A DNA stretch of 63,215 nt, the filler included, from Octopus bimaculoides (Eukaryota), in the NCBI RefSeq assembly GCF_001194135.2. It is 7 parts of 7 records of this genome, joined end to end, with 100 filler letters (N's around TTAATTAATTAA, not from the genome) between each part and the next. Parts side by side here need not be neighbours in the genome. Positions count along the whole stretch, not along the records: positions 1 to 20,410 come from NC_068999.1; 6 more parts are not named here. One strand, written 5' to 3'. Made by a program: the position numbers and the translations under genes. The notes beneath the pieces were generated by a model. It was not told where the DNA came from. It did not search any database and saw only the letters and a list, made by a program, of their open reading frames with translations. This document shows, piece by piece, positions 1-13,514 of this stretch (position 1 is the first letter of the stretch; each line of letters opens with the position of its first letter).

Positions 1-149
1 TGGCACTCTTCTTTTAATTTTGACTCTATATCTTCAGGAGGAGTTACCCCAATCCTTTCTATATAAACGAAAATGAAGTAGATTGACAAATTTATTTTTT
101 GAACCAGTGGAAGACACGCAAGATGTCGAAATATTGTTCACGAGATAGC

Positions 150-185
<36 letters not shown>

Positions 186-984
186 TTATTTGTTTCTCAC
201 TTTCTATGCAATTATAATTTTGATTGAGAAATAAACACAAATCATTACAACATTTTCCGCAAAGTATCGATATCTTCACGAAAGGAAAATTATTAGCTAA
301 ACGTCTCAGTGTGGAGACGTTTATTAAGGAAACTATATTGCAAATATTTCTTGAGATTAGGCAGAATAGCTTTGATGGCAAAGAATATTTTTATATTGAT
401 TCCTGATAATATTTGAAGCTATATGTACACTTATGTTCCAGAGAAAAAAAATTCCTTCGTAATTTGTAAAATGTACTTAAATCCTTTCGTTTAAAACAGC
501 CTGTGATCGTTATAAAAATGCGTCAATATGAAATACAAAAGGCGTGCACTAAAAGACACAGAATATACGTGTTAACTGTTACGGCAAATTTATTCTCAGA
601 AATTACAGATCAAACTCAAGTGTTTTTCTAATAAAATCACGAAACAAGAAATTATCTGGAATTGTTTCAAACGGTGAAGCGTGATCTGAAGATTGTTATT
701 AGAAAGTGAAAATATTCAAATACTGTTCAATCGGAAATAAAGGCAGAAATAATTAGATACAAGATTATAGGTAAATTAGTGCGGCAAAGAGTTTCAGCCA
801 TACATCACTAAAAATTTAAGGACTATTTTATTTATTACGTAGTAACATGAGCTGGCATGTGAACGATAAACCTATGAGACACCTTTCTCACACACACACA
901 GACATACGCATCCACACTCACGCAGACCACACACATGTATACACATACATAAACACACCCACACCCATATCTAGAGAGACAGAC

Positions 985-1006
985 AGGTAGACAGATAGAT
1001 AGATGA

Positions 1007-1045
<39 letters not shown>

Positions 1046-1155
1046 TAGAGAGAGAGATAGGTTGGTAGGTAGGTAGGTAGGTAGGTAGGTAGGTAGGTAG
1101 GTAGGTAGGTAGGTAGATAGATAGAGAGAGAGAGAGAGAGGTAGGTAGGTAGATC

Positions 1156-1209
<54 letters not shown>

Positions 1210-1215
1210 CAGATA
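985..1215. repeat. Compound microsatellite (GATA)n/(GA)n/(GGTA)n
   Basis: Directly visible; explains ORF 971..1336. Confidence 0.95.
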
Positions 1216-3569
1216 GATTTAAAGATGTATCTATTGAAGTATCTAATTCAAGACTGAAACAAACTAATCTATTTGCACGCTCCCATATTACATGCTTTTT
1301 AATTGTGATGTGTGAAAATAATTTTTTGAAAATCATTTATGACAGTTTATTTGTAAAACTTCTCAGAATCAGTAAATGCAATAATATACATATAATCAGC
1401 CGTCTTTTGGTGCGTACTTATAGCTTGACTTTGGAAAATCATTTGATCGATGAAGTGAATTGTCTGTTTCTAATACAATGTTTTAGGCAGTATGAGATAT
1501 TTGTATCATTTGAATGTTTGATACAATTTCTTTAATAGACTGCAGTACAATGCATACAGTAGGCTTCTCTGCAGTTTTACATTGCCAAATTCCCTTAAAT
1601 AAATTCAGCTTAAACTGAGATTTTAGGAATATCTTTTGGCAAGATGTAAATGAATTTGTAAAAAGAAACTATCTGTATCACAATAGGCTGCAGAACTTCC
1701 AGCACGATTCTCTACAACGACGAAGTCGTTAGAGGAAAGGCTGAGTAAAAGTTCGTAGTATTCTGCAATTGGTGATATTCTGACCACGTGGTCGTGAATC
1801 AGAATAGCTAAAAAATCCAATGTCCTGTACTATTGTCCTGCCAATTTAAAATTTACACCGACAAAAAAAGGAGATAAATAATAAACACAGCAGTCCAGTA
1901 TCTCACAAATGATAGCTTCATTAACGAACAAAAATGACATCGATGCATCCCGTCGTTTTATTTTTTCATGTGATCAGAAAATAATATTAAAGGAGGGAAA
2001 ACAAAATATGAGAGAACGGAATGAGATAATATACATGTTTAATGCAACAGAAACATATCCTGTTTCGAAATTCTGCGAGTGAACTACCTGAATCAAAATA
2101 ATAATATTGGCACAAGATTGCAATTTCAGCGGTAGTACTACCTCTAATATACATCTACGCATATAGTATTATAGCATCCTCTTTCGTATATATTCGTTCA
2201 TTGTTCCTGTATCGAGACGAACCATTCATTACGGATTGTATGGTTTTATGAGTAATATAATGATGATCACTTGTGGTATATTGAAATGCAATCTTACACA
2301 CAGATTTAACGGTACCTTCATTTACAATAATGAAAAATGATATCTTCTTTCTTTTACAGTGTTTATATTTACTGCGAATAAATTTTGCTTATATATTGCC
2401 AATAATGTGGTGTAGCTTAGTGGACTGAAACATTTTATATACATACATACATACATATATACATGCATAATATATACATACATACATGCATGCACACATA
2501 CATACATATATATGTATATATATGTATACATATGTATGTGTTTGTGTGTACATATATATATGAGTGTGTGTGCGTGTGTGAGCGCGTGTGTGTGTCTGTG
2601 TGTGCGTGTGTGTGTCTCTCTGTGTGTGTATCGAATATGATAAATTAATACACAGTATGAATACTGCCATGGAAACAATTTTCATCTGAATATACACGGA
2701 AATAGCACGGTATTAATAATAATGGAAAATATATTAAATAGCAAGTATCATCGTAATAAGCGAACACTCCCGAAGAATTAATTTTATTTTATTCCGACTG
2801 TGTCGTCCGTGAATGTATATTAAAAACTTGCGTTGCCTAAAATAAATTGGTAAATAAATGTTTCCCGAAAGATAAAGAAGAAAAATCGAATATCAAAATA
2901 TCTCAGTCCATTAATTACCGAAATAGTATTTCATTAAACAAACGGGATACATCTAATAACTGCCGAAAGTTTTCTAATAATATTAATCTGTAAGAGATTG
3001 ACAATAAAATTAAATGTGTTACGCGAATGGTACATTATTTTATCAATTCCGGAAAGACGAAGACAAAATATATTTTAACAGAATTATATGAATATAATTC
3101 TTTATCAGCATACTATTCTTTGATCATCGAATGTTCCATTATCATTATATAAGATAGAGTTAAAAATTGCGTGATTTCCGGTCTTCAAACACAGACTCGG
3201 AGTGCATACAATTTTTAGAAAAATGCATTTTAGTAGAAACTACAAGATGCCCCAACGAATAGTCATGTACGCGGGTGGAATACTTCATTTCTCTCCCTCA
3301 CTAAAATGCGCAGTTCTTTATTCAGCAAATAAGGTATGCATAAAGACTACACTCAGCCTGCAGCCTGGCTACGTATATCTTTCGATTTTAACTAACCTGT
3401 AAAAATGCTGATGATATTTACATACGTTTAGAAACTATCACTATGAATACATGTGTGTATGTGTGTGTGTGGGTGTATGCGTGTGTGTGTGTGAGCGTGT
3501 GTGTCTGTATGTGTGTGTGTGTCCCCATCCAGCTAATACATTAATAAAATGGGGTTAAAATATACTGAG

Positions 3570-3680
3570 AGATTTGCTACCCAACCACATGGTTCCGTGC
3601 TCAGTCCCACTGCATATCTCCTGAGGCGAGTATTTCCTAATATATATATAGGGGACTAACCTTTTGGAAATAGATTTTGC
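3570..3680 (+). mobile_element. SINE family A, degenerate 5' fragment
   Basis: CCAACCACATGGTTCCGTGCTCAGTCCCACTGC matches the head of 15698-16132. Confidence 0.65.
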
Positions 3681-6600
3681 AGAGGAGCACAGAAACACCA
3701 TGAACAGTATATGTATATATATATGTGTATATATATATATATATNNNNNNNNNNNNNNNNNNNNNNNNNNNNNNNNNNNNNNNNNNNNNNNNNNNNNNNN
3801 NNNNNNNNNNNNNNNNNNNNNNNNNNNNNNNNNNNNNNNNNNNNNNNNNNNNNNNNNNNNNNNNNNNNNNNNNNNNNNNNNNNNNNNNNNNNNNNNNNNN
3901 NNNNNNNNNNNNNNNNNNNNNNNNNNNNNNNNNNNNNNNNNNNNNNNNNNNNNNNNNNNNNNNNNNNNNNNNNNNNNNNNNNNNNNNNNNNNNNNNNNNN
4001 NNNNNNNNNNNNNNNNNNNNNNNNNNNNNNNNNNNNNNNNNNNNNNNNNNNNNNNNNNNNNNNNNNNNNNNNNNNNNNNNNNNNNNNNNNNNNNNNNNNN
4101 NNNNNNNNNNNNNNNNNNNNNNNNNNNNNNNNNNNNNNNNNNNNNNNNNNNNNNNNNNNNNNNNNNNNNNNNNNNNNNNNNNNNNNNNNNNNNNNNNNNN
4201 NNNNNNNNNNNNNNNNNNNNNNNNNNNNNNNNNNNNNNNNNNNNNNNNNNNNNNNNNNNNNNNNNNNNNNNNNNNNNNNNNNNNNNNNNNNNNNNNNNNN
4301 NNNNNNNNNNNNNNNNNNNNNNNNNNNNNNNNNNNNNNNNNNNNNNNNNNNNNNNNNNNNNNNNNNNNNNNNNNNNNNNNNNNNNNNNNNNNNNNNNNNN
4401 NNNNNNNNNNNNNNNNNNNNNNNNNNNNATATATATATATATATATAAAATATATAATTTTTTTTTTTATATTATAAAATTATATATACATATACACACA
4501 CAAAAATATGTTTGTACGTGTTTGTAGTTATCTTAGGAATAGGATTTAAATTACGATATCCATTCTGGTATATTATTAGTCAAATGATGTATTCCTTAAC
4601 GCGAATATATAAGATTCACACTATACCCTATTTACAGTTTGTATAATTGCAATGGGTATATAATCCAACGTATATTATATTCTCTTCTTTATCTAGTATC
4701 GTTTGTTCCCGTACTCATATAGCATATCTAATTTTATTAGCATTTTAGCATTTTATAACAGTGAACATATTTTTATTTCCCTAGTGTTTAATATCTTGAT
4801 CAAAGTATTGCGTCACATTAGTTTTAGCATTTCCTGAATTTACCTTCTCTGTGTCTCCATAATCCTTTTTTTTTTAAATTTCTTCTGATATGACGTTCTT
4901 AAGCATACATCCTATTTTGGGAATATGTTACATATATCCCTCATTACGATTATTTTAATTCTCACAGAGTGCATATTGTTATGATATCGGTAATCCTGCA
5001 TATTTAGATTTACCATTGTTAACACACTGAAGTGCTAGAGATTAAATTACACCATTTATTGATATGAAGGAATTTAGTCATTTTTTATTATTTTATATAG
5101 GAATAAAAGAAATGCATCTAACACTACAGATGTTTTGTGTCGAAATTTACATAGGATGTTATTCAATTGTTCGTTTCATTCATAAACTAGTTGCAAATGA
5201 GTGCGAAGTTCAGGCATTATTAAAACCGAAATTCAAGTTAAATGATGCACAATGAATCATTTTTTACTGTCTGGACGAACATCCAAATACATGAATGTTA
5301 CAAAGGCATTCACTTTTATCTCGAGTATATATGCATGAAACCATGCATGACCCTCCACACAAACAAGCACACATACATGCACACACACATGCACACACAC
5401 ATGCATACAACATAATTGAAACAAAAAGTTGTTCTTTTACAGAAATATTTATACATAACCAAAACACGAGTACACGTATGCATATATATATATATATATA
5501 TATANNNNNNNNNNNNNNNNNNNNNNNNNNNNNNNNNNNNNNNNNNNNNNNNNNNNNNNNNNNNNNNNNNNNNNNNNNNNNNNNNNNNNNNNNNNNNNNN
5601 NNNNNNNNNNNNNNNNNNNNNNNNNNNNNNNNNNNNNNNNNNNNNNNNNNNNNNNNNNNNNNNNNNNNNNNNNNNNNNNNNNNNNNNNNNNNNNNNNNNN
5701 NNNNNNNNNNNNNNNNNNNNNNNNNNNNNNNNNNNNNNNNNNNNNNNNNNNNNNNNNNNNNNNNNNNNNNNNNNNNNNNNNNNNNNNNNNNNNNNNNNNN
5801 NNNNNNNNNNNNNNNNNNNNNNNNNNNNNNNNNNNNNNNNNNNNNNNNNNNNNNNNNNNNNNNNNNNNNNNNNNNNNNNNNNNNNNNNNNNNNNNNNNNN
5901 NNNNNNNNNNNNNNNNNNNNNNNNNNNNNNNNNNNNNNNNNNNNNNNNNNNNNNNNNNNNNNNNNNNNNNNNNNNNNNNNNNNNNNNNNNNNNNNNNNNN
6001 NNNNNNNNNNNNNNNNNNNNNNNNNNNNNNNNNNNNNNNNNNNNNNNNNNNNNNNNNNNNNNNNNNNNNNNNNNNNNNNNNNNNNNNNNNNNNNNNNNNN
6101 NNNNNNNNNNNNNNNNNNNNNNNNNNNNNNNNNNNNNNNNNNNNNNNNNNNNNNNNNNNNNNNNNNNNNNNNNNNNNNNNNNNNNNNNNNNNNNNNNNNN
6201 NNNNNNNNNNNNNNNNNNNNNNNNNNNNNNNNNNNNNNNNNNNNNNNNNNNNNNNNNNNNNNNNNNNNNNNNNNNNNNNNNNNNNNNNNNNNNNNNNNNN
6301 NNNNNNNNNNNNNNNNNNNNNNNNNNNNNNNNNNNNNNNNNNNNNNNNNNNNNNNNNNNNNNNNNNNNNNNNNNNNNNNNNNNNNNNNNNNNNNNNNNNN
6401 NNNCACACACAAATACACACCGAATTTTGAAAACGTGATGGAAAAAAATATGAGTTACATAACTTCAAAGGTTTGCTACGTACTCTGATGTTGCAATAAT
6501 ATAATAAAGATAACCATAATAGAATCTGATAATTTTACTGTTTCAAACAAAAAGAGAAAAATCATCATAAACACATATATAGAAAAATACGAATCGGAAA

Positions 6601-6919
6601 GAAATAGAATACCGTGATATCTGCCGCCTTATCTGTAGATAATTATTCATTTTATATTTATGTTAGCGTAGATTCATTTGTATGTCCATGTATACGTAGA
6701 CACTTGTATGTGTGCTTGTACACAGATGTGTTTGTACACATATGTGATTTGTGTGTGTGTGTGTATGTGTGTAAATCTGTATGTCTGAATGTGTGTATGT
6801 ATACATCAATATATGAATACGCTCTACACCTTCGAGTGTATGAAGTTATTAAATTTAAAGGTATAGGCGGCCAGTGTAGGCAAAAGTGGACATACAAATA
6901 CGTATATATACATGCAAGT

Positions 6920-6958
<39 letters not shown>

Positions 6959-9900
6959 NNNNNNNNNNNNNNNNNNNNNNNNNNNNNNNNNNNNNNNNNN
7001 NNNNNNNNNNNNNNNNNNNNNNNNNNNNNNNNNNNNNNNNNNNNNNNNNNNNNNNNNNNNNNNNNNNNNNNNNNNNNNNNNNNNNNNNNNNNNNNNNNNN
7101 NNNNNNNNNNNNNNNNNNNNNNNNNNNNNNNNNNNNNNNNNNNNNNNNNNNNNNNNNNNNNNNNNNNNNNNNNNNNNNNNNNNNNNNNNNNNNNNNNNNN
7201 NNNNNNNNNNNNNNNNNNNNNNNNNNNNNNNNNNNNNNNNNNNNNNNNNNNNNNNNNNNNNNNNNNNNNNNNNNNNNNNNNNNNNNNNNNNNNNNNNNNN
7301 NNNNNNNNNNNNNNNNNNNNNNNNNNNNNNNNNNNNNNNTACATTTAAAGAAAAGCAACAAAAATTCAATAGGTTATAGCAGTACATGCGTTTCGTACAA
7401 ACTTCATTTATTCATGTAGTGAGAAAACTACATAAAATGTGCAATAAAAATGTACTCCTCAGCTGCATAATGGAATTTCATTTTAGAAACGCGTTTTGTA
7501 TATGTGTGCAAAAAAGCAAGAGTAAGAGAAGAAAAAAATATCACCTTGACTGGGCTGCTATTTTTTAACATCTGTGTGGCCCTTTGGAGCTACATGTGAC
7601 GAAATGATTCACTTCTCGAATGTTGGTGATTGAGCTGGAGCAGGGTTCGCTTAATGAATAGATCGAAGGTCTCGTAGTAACTGCTCAAAATCTATATGAG
7701 ACCGATTCTCGACGTACCGAAGAAATGTTAGCTGCCAAAGCAACGTCAACTCTATACTGAACAATTAAACTCTTATTTAAAAAAAGGTTTTTCGAATATT
7801 TTATCAGTTCTATTATATTTCTATCTGTAAGTATTTACATGTAATTAAAAGTTTGAATCGTGGCCTCAAATAGATGTATGAAAAATATAGATTTTCTTTA
7901 GGGCATGTGTTACTTTATTTCGTGGTCGAGCACTATAGCTACTGATACGAATAAATATGTTATATCTCTGCAGATGTATGAAGTATTGTTTAGTTGACAG
8001 GAAAGTTGCAAAATACGTGTAGTAAAACACTTTTTATGAGCTTTGATTATACGATATGTCCACATAAATTGTTTTGCTTACAATAAATTTCGTACGAAAA
8101 TGTTGGCGGAGAATTGCTTTCACTTGCAGAAAATTGCTGTTTCCATTCGCTTTTCGTGAGAATATTTTCTTGCATAAGCAAAAGTTTTTTGTTGCGAATA
8201 ACAGTGAAATTCGGATTGACCTATAAATGCACGAGCTTAGATTCTTGTAATTGACAGTCTGTTCTGTTTTGAAGATCTACAATGTCAGTGAAAGATATAG
8301 ACTAAACTGAGTGCAATATTTTAGGATCTTCAGAATGTCATCAGTGGAACTATCAATATATTCGTGTTAACATCATGTGTATGTCTATCTTCCATAAAGT
8401 TCAGTTATGATGCCTACTTTCCATTGCGAGGATATGCCTCTAGTATACAACATTTATGTTACTTTTTGTCATTAGGCGAACTCTGGGCGACATGAAATGT
8501 CACCAACTTTCCTTGCTATAATTTAAAGTGAAATTTCAATTTCGTTTTCGTGCAGTTTCTTGTAAATTTAAATATGCTCCCAGTTTTTGCACAATATCAT
8601 ATATGATATAATAAAATAAATATTTGCATCTGTTCTCATCTGCTACACAATGTCTTTAAAAAATGTCAACCATCTTATATTGATCTTAATAACTTGGTAT
8701 CATAGTGATTTGGATAAATTGTCGGTATACCAAAGGAGAAGCTGAAGCACTGCTAACCAGGCACGTGGTCAAACAGTTGCATTTATACATGGTATTCTAC
8801 ACTCCTGTCCCCAAAAAAGCCTAGAAGTTTGAGATTAAAATATTCTTACTAACATGGGTTAGTATCGAAGAAATATCAAGAAATCCTGGAAGGTAAGCAG
8901 TTCGATGTCTCCACTAAATAGTATTTCAGATTAGGATAGCATCCGAATGTGAATTTCATTTCTTTTAGTACTCTAAATAAAATTACACCCCTCGTTCAAT
9001 ACAATATAAAACAATAGTCTCTTGAGAGGTAACCGTTATATATTAATAGCCTCTTTCTCTATACTTTGTTTCATATCTTGCTATACTTTTTGGTCTGAAA
9101 AGGTAAAATCTCTCAAAAAGTGACTGCGTTTGCAGTCTTGTTTATATGCTTATGATAATATAACTGAGGATAATGTTGCAGTTATTATAACTTCCATGAT
9201 ATGAAAAGCCGAATATTTCCTATTAGTCAAGTGTCGCTTTCGATACAATGATTAAGTAATTTAATATTATGTTGGATGCATTGGTGTATTTACCAGTAAT
9301 AATTGAAACACGTTATTATCACATTGGAAAATACATTCCTCATAGCAGTTATAGGACAGAAATAATTTCGTTTGTCATCGGCCGGGCATATACCAGTTGT
9401 AACAGTTGTATTGGATCACGCCTGGCTGCAGATCCCATTCGATCATAAGTGACATGAAATACATGATAATTGAAAACTTCACTGCAGGAGTATCTCTTAG
9501 GAAGGTATGAGAAACAATTATTATTTTTTCTTCTTTTGTACAATGACGAGTTATTTCTGTATGGTTTTTTTCAGCTTCATTGAAATAATTCCTCACTGGT
9601 TTTATACTTAGGAGCTAATACTCCAGGTTTATGGTAGAATGGTAATTTCAGAGATTTTGTGTTCTCAAAATTGCTGACGACCATCAAATTACATAAGCTC
9701 CATGTTAAAAGCGCATATTTAAATGTAAGGCTCTCTTTTTTTTTTTTAGATCGTGGTTACTATACGAATAAAAGAGGTCAAAGCAGTGACCTAAATTGCG
9801 TGAACAACTGTGTGCGTGGAAACATTAAGGCCAGCGCCTTTATTAGGTGGTGTGACAGAAAATAATAACCTGTTACGATTGTTGACTGGGCCTTTGATGC

Positions 9901-10063
9901 AAATATTACTGTACCAGACATTGGTTGATTCTGTTATTCTTTCATTTGTTACAGCTTTATACTGCAGTCATGCTGGAGCACAAACCTAAGGTGTGTTAGA
10001 CTAACAAATAGATAACCAGGACATTCATTGTAAGCGTAGTACTTTTCGCTCTTTTGTGCAAAT

Positions 10064-10530
10064 CTCCAAGTTACGGGAACATAAATATACCACCTTATGT
10101 TGGCAAGGTATTTCTGGAGGACAAACACAGACACAAACACACGCATATATATATATATATATATANNNNNNNNNNNNNNNNNNNNNNNNNNNNNNNNNNN
10201 NNNNNNNNNNNNNNNNNNNNNNNNNNNNNNNNNNNNNNNNNNNNNNNNNNNNNNNNNNNNNNNNNNNNNNNNNNNNNNNNNNNNNNNNNNNNNNNNNNNN
10301 NNNNNNNNNNNNNNNNNNNNNNNNNNNNNNNNNNNNNNNNNNNNNNNNNNNNNNNNNNNNNNNNNNNNNNNNNNNNNNNNNNNATATATATATATATATA
10401 TATATACGACGGGCTTCTTTCAGGTTCTGTCTACCCAATCCACTCACAAGGCTTTAGTTGGACTGAGGCTATAATGAAAGTCACTTGCCGAACGTGCCAC
10501 TCTGTGGGACTGAACATGCATCTTACCACA
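10064..10530 (-). mobile_element. SINE family A copy with an assembly gap in its (TA)n linker
   Basis: Reverse-complement matches to both the 3' body and the 5' body of the 15698 copy, on either side of the 10166-10383 gap. Confidence 0.8.
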
Positions 10531-12534
10531 CTGTGTGTTTTCGGCATTTACACGAGTTTTTGCTATACACTTTTCTGTTTCACATGTTGAAATGCAGAAA
10601 CATTAAGAGAATGTTTATTTTGCAAAATAAGGAAATAGAATTTTTTAAAAAAATGTTCCGTTGATGACAGCTTCATATCAGTCGAGGCACTTACAAACTG
10701 ATTTATGGTTTATTGTGAACAAAAGTAAAACAATTATTCACAGATCGATATGCTTCATCTGGTGATACTCCTTTTACTTATATACACTTGCACCGGAAAT
10801 TACACATGCTGAGTAAAACAGACTTGTAGAAATGTATAGCAATACTTAAGTATTTCATGCTGGGAGGAGTTTACAAATGACAGATTGAGAATCATATACT
10901 GCATTTATCTAGCAGGAGCGGACAGTGTATCATAGACAGTATTTTAAAGATTCTTTAGTGGTATGGCATATTTATTGTATATTACAGTGGAGCAGAGCCA
11001 CTTAAAATTATGATCTGTGAATATTCATGAGAAAAACATACCTTGATTGATATCCAGTTATTTATAATTTATGTTGTTGCGTTTAGTTACGTAGTAATGA
11101 TATGTGTTCTTACAGTATATAGCCATTGCTATAGATTGATTATAACATATCGCAATTTTATATATTGATTATAACAATTTGCACTTTCTAAGATGTATAA
11201 GTGACTTCATAAATGTCACTTATTTATAATGAAATATGTGAGGACATTTTTGCCCATCCTAAAATAACGAAACTGGACATTTTGTGCGTTAGATATCTGA
11301 AATTGCTATTTTATGATACAACAGGTTCAGTTTCACCAGTGTGAAATGAAGCCACTTACCAGAAAACTATAAAACAAAAATTACTAATATTTTTCTAGAA
11401 TTAGTAATTTGAAAAATTGAACACAATGTAGTTTTAGCCATGATTTGAAATAAATTATGCTCAATTTTAGTTAATTATTCATAATTTGTATAGGTTGAGC
11501 CTTTTTGAATTCTGATAATACTAGTTAACTAACCAGTCTCATTTTTTTTTCACCTTGGAAGTGACTGTCACCCAACATCAAATCGAAGCCACCTCTATTT
11601 TTACTCAAACTATTTCAACGAGTATAATGAAATGTGACACAATAAAGCCAGCACTGCAAAACATCAAAAACGACAACGATCAAAGGAGCAAAGGGGAAAA
11701 AATATCAAACTAAACATGTTCAAATCCCATGGCAATGAACGAGAGCAAGAACTAAAAAGAAAAGGAAAAAAAAAATGTATGAACAATAGAGCTTATGGCG
11801 AAGAAAATCGTTAATGCTCTGCATTTCGAAAACATTAGATGGCAGCTAAAACACATATAACCTAAACAGTATATAATTTGACAAAAGGAAGAGGCGTGCT
11901 GAAGTTTAGAACAGACAGCGAATCAGGTATTTTATATCATACAACCATATTTTCGATATAATATTTTTCATACAGAGCAACTACCATTATAGATAAATAA
12001 ATATAATAATCCAATTCGTATTATCAAAATGATAATCAATACATATCAGCCGTAATGATATAATTATATTTTCCGTGGTAGTGAATTTTCAAGTATTTGG
12101 GAAAGTGGCCTTCAGTGTGTCTTTTGCTAAATTGGTCGTTCTTATGTAGTGTTGATATTGATAACATGTGCAAAAATGATATTTTCTCCCTTGTGACTAT
12201 TTCAAATTTTGCCTTGGTGTGCTTTCAATCCAGAAAAGAGTATAAAAAGGAAAATATAGAAATAAATGTCAGTTAATATGTTGTCAAGTGTATGACTAAA
12301 GAGACTCTATTTTTTGGACATAGTTTAATATTTTTAGTGTTTGTCATCATAAACTTCAGACAAATATGGCAAAAACCGTCTATCTAGATTTTTTTTTTTT
12401 TTCATAGACACGAATTCAATAGGAAAATATTTCTGAAGGCTTGGCAACGAACATTTCCCATAAGATGTGTACGTGTGATTTAAGTAGTAGCACTGAAACA
12501 TACACACAGATATACACACACATACCAGACACAA

Positions 12535-12570
<36 letters not shown>

Positions 12571-12864
12571 ATACACATCTGTATATATACACACATATAT
12601 ACATACACATTCTAATGTGTAATATTTGTATATGTATGTGTGTGCGCGTATGTGCACGTATGTGCGTCTGTGTGTGCGTGCATCTGTGTGTGTGTAGTAC
12701 GAATGCATAAATATATATCCGCCTTTTCTCTTTGTCCATCTTTTTCTCTTCCCTTTTCTGTCAAGCATAAATTCTCATGCCTTTGTGAACGTACGGTACA
12801 TAAGTCAATCAAAGATCGTATTTGTAGTCAAATCTAGTAAATTTTGAGTTCAGTTCATCTATCT

Positions 12865-13041
12865 AAGAGGTCTCGAAAGTAGTCGATATCGACACCTGGG
12901 GGACGATGAGATATACCCATTTCCTCATTATTAGTAACTATATATTTTTGGTACATGCCGAGGGGGGGGCGGTGTCGATGAGGGATCAAGGATTCCATAA
13001 ATGGAGCGATGGTCTAAACAGTTTGGGGACCGCTCTTCTAG
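12865..13041. mobile_element. Possible hAT-type MITE remnant
   Basis: Ends AAGAGGTCTCGAAAGT ... AGTTTGGGGACCGCTCTT form degenerate TIRs of the CAGNGGTCCCCAAAC type. Internal GGGGGGCG motif. Confidence 0.35.
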
Positions 13042-13380
13042 GTTGAGATTGCAGAGCATGGTATATTTCCCCTCCAATTTCTACTAAAATGTAACAGTAT
13101 GTGTGAGTAACCTTCAATTACTTTTTATAGAATATATTTGTATTATTTTTTAATGAAATTTTGGTTGGATGTACCACCAATCAACTCAATAAACGACGTT
13201 ACGCATTCCTATGGAGAAACATTCAAACATAACGTTATAAAAGTTCTACGTGATCTATTATACAGCATACTGAGTACATGGAGAGTACACATTTGATAAT
13301 CTGGGATATTATTTTCTCATCTGATATATCAGTATTGAAATCACTCACAAATCTTACTTGATGTATTTTGCTACTTTCAG

Positions 13381-13514
13381 CAAATGTAAAAATATCTACA
13401 ACACGACCTGGCAGAATATGATTGAGTGCCAAATGCCACAAAAAACTAATTGCCATTTTCAATTAATTCTCAGTGTTATAAATATTTTCGAATTTCGAAA
13501 CTTTAATCTATTAT
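13381..13514 (+). CDS. Candidate exon, Cys/Trp-containing peptide
   Basis: Good acceptor gtattttgctactttcag|; only one long frame, KCKNIYNTTWQNMIECQMPQKTNCHFQLILSVINIFEFRNFNLL; donor uncertain (|gtatag). Confidence 0.22.

Noticed and set aside
1623-1820. 65-aa minus-strand ORF with protein-like composition
   Set aside because: It has a non-ATG start with an in-frame stop just upstream, no good acceptor and no motif. The length is within chance.
7950-9865. Several short AG...GT-bounded segments (e.g. 8325, 8863, 9612, 9740)
   Set aside because: Each is individually plausible, but the frames are ambiguous and such sites are common in AT-rich DNA. No consistent chain could be defended.
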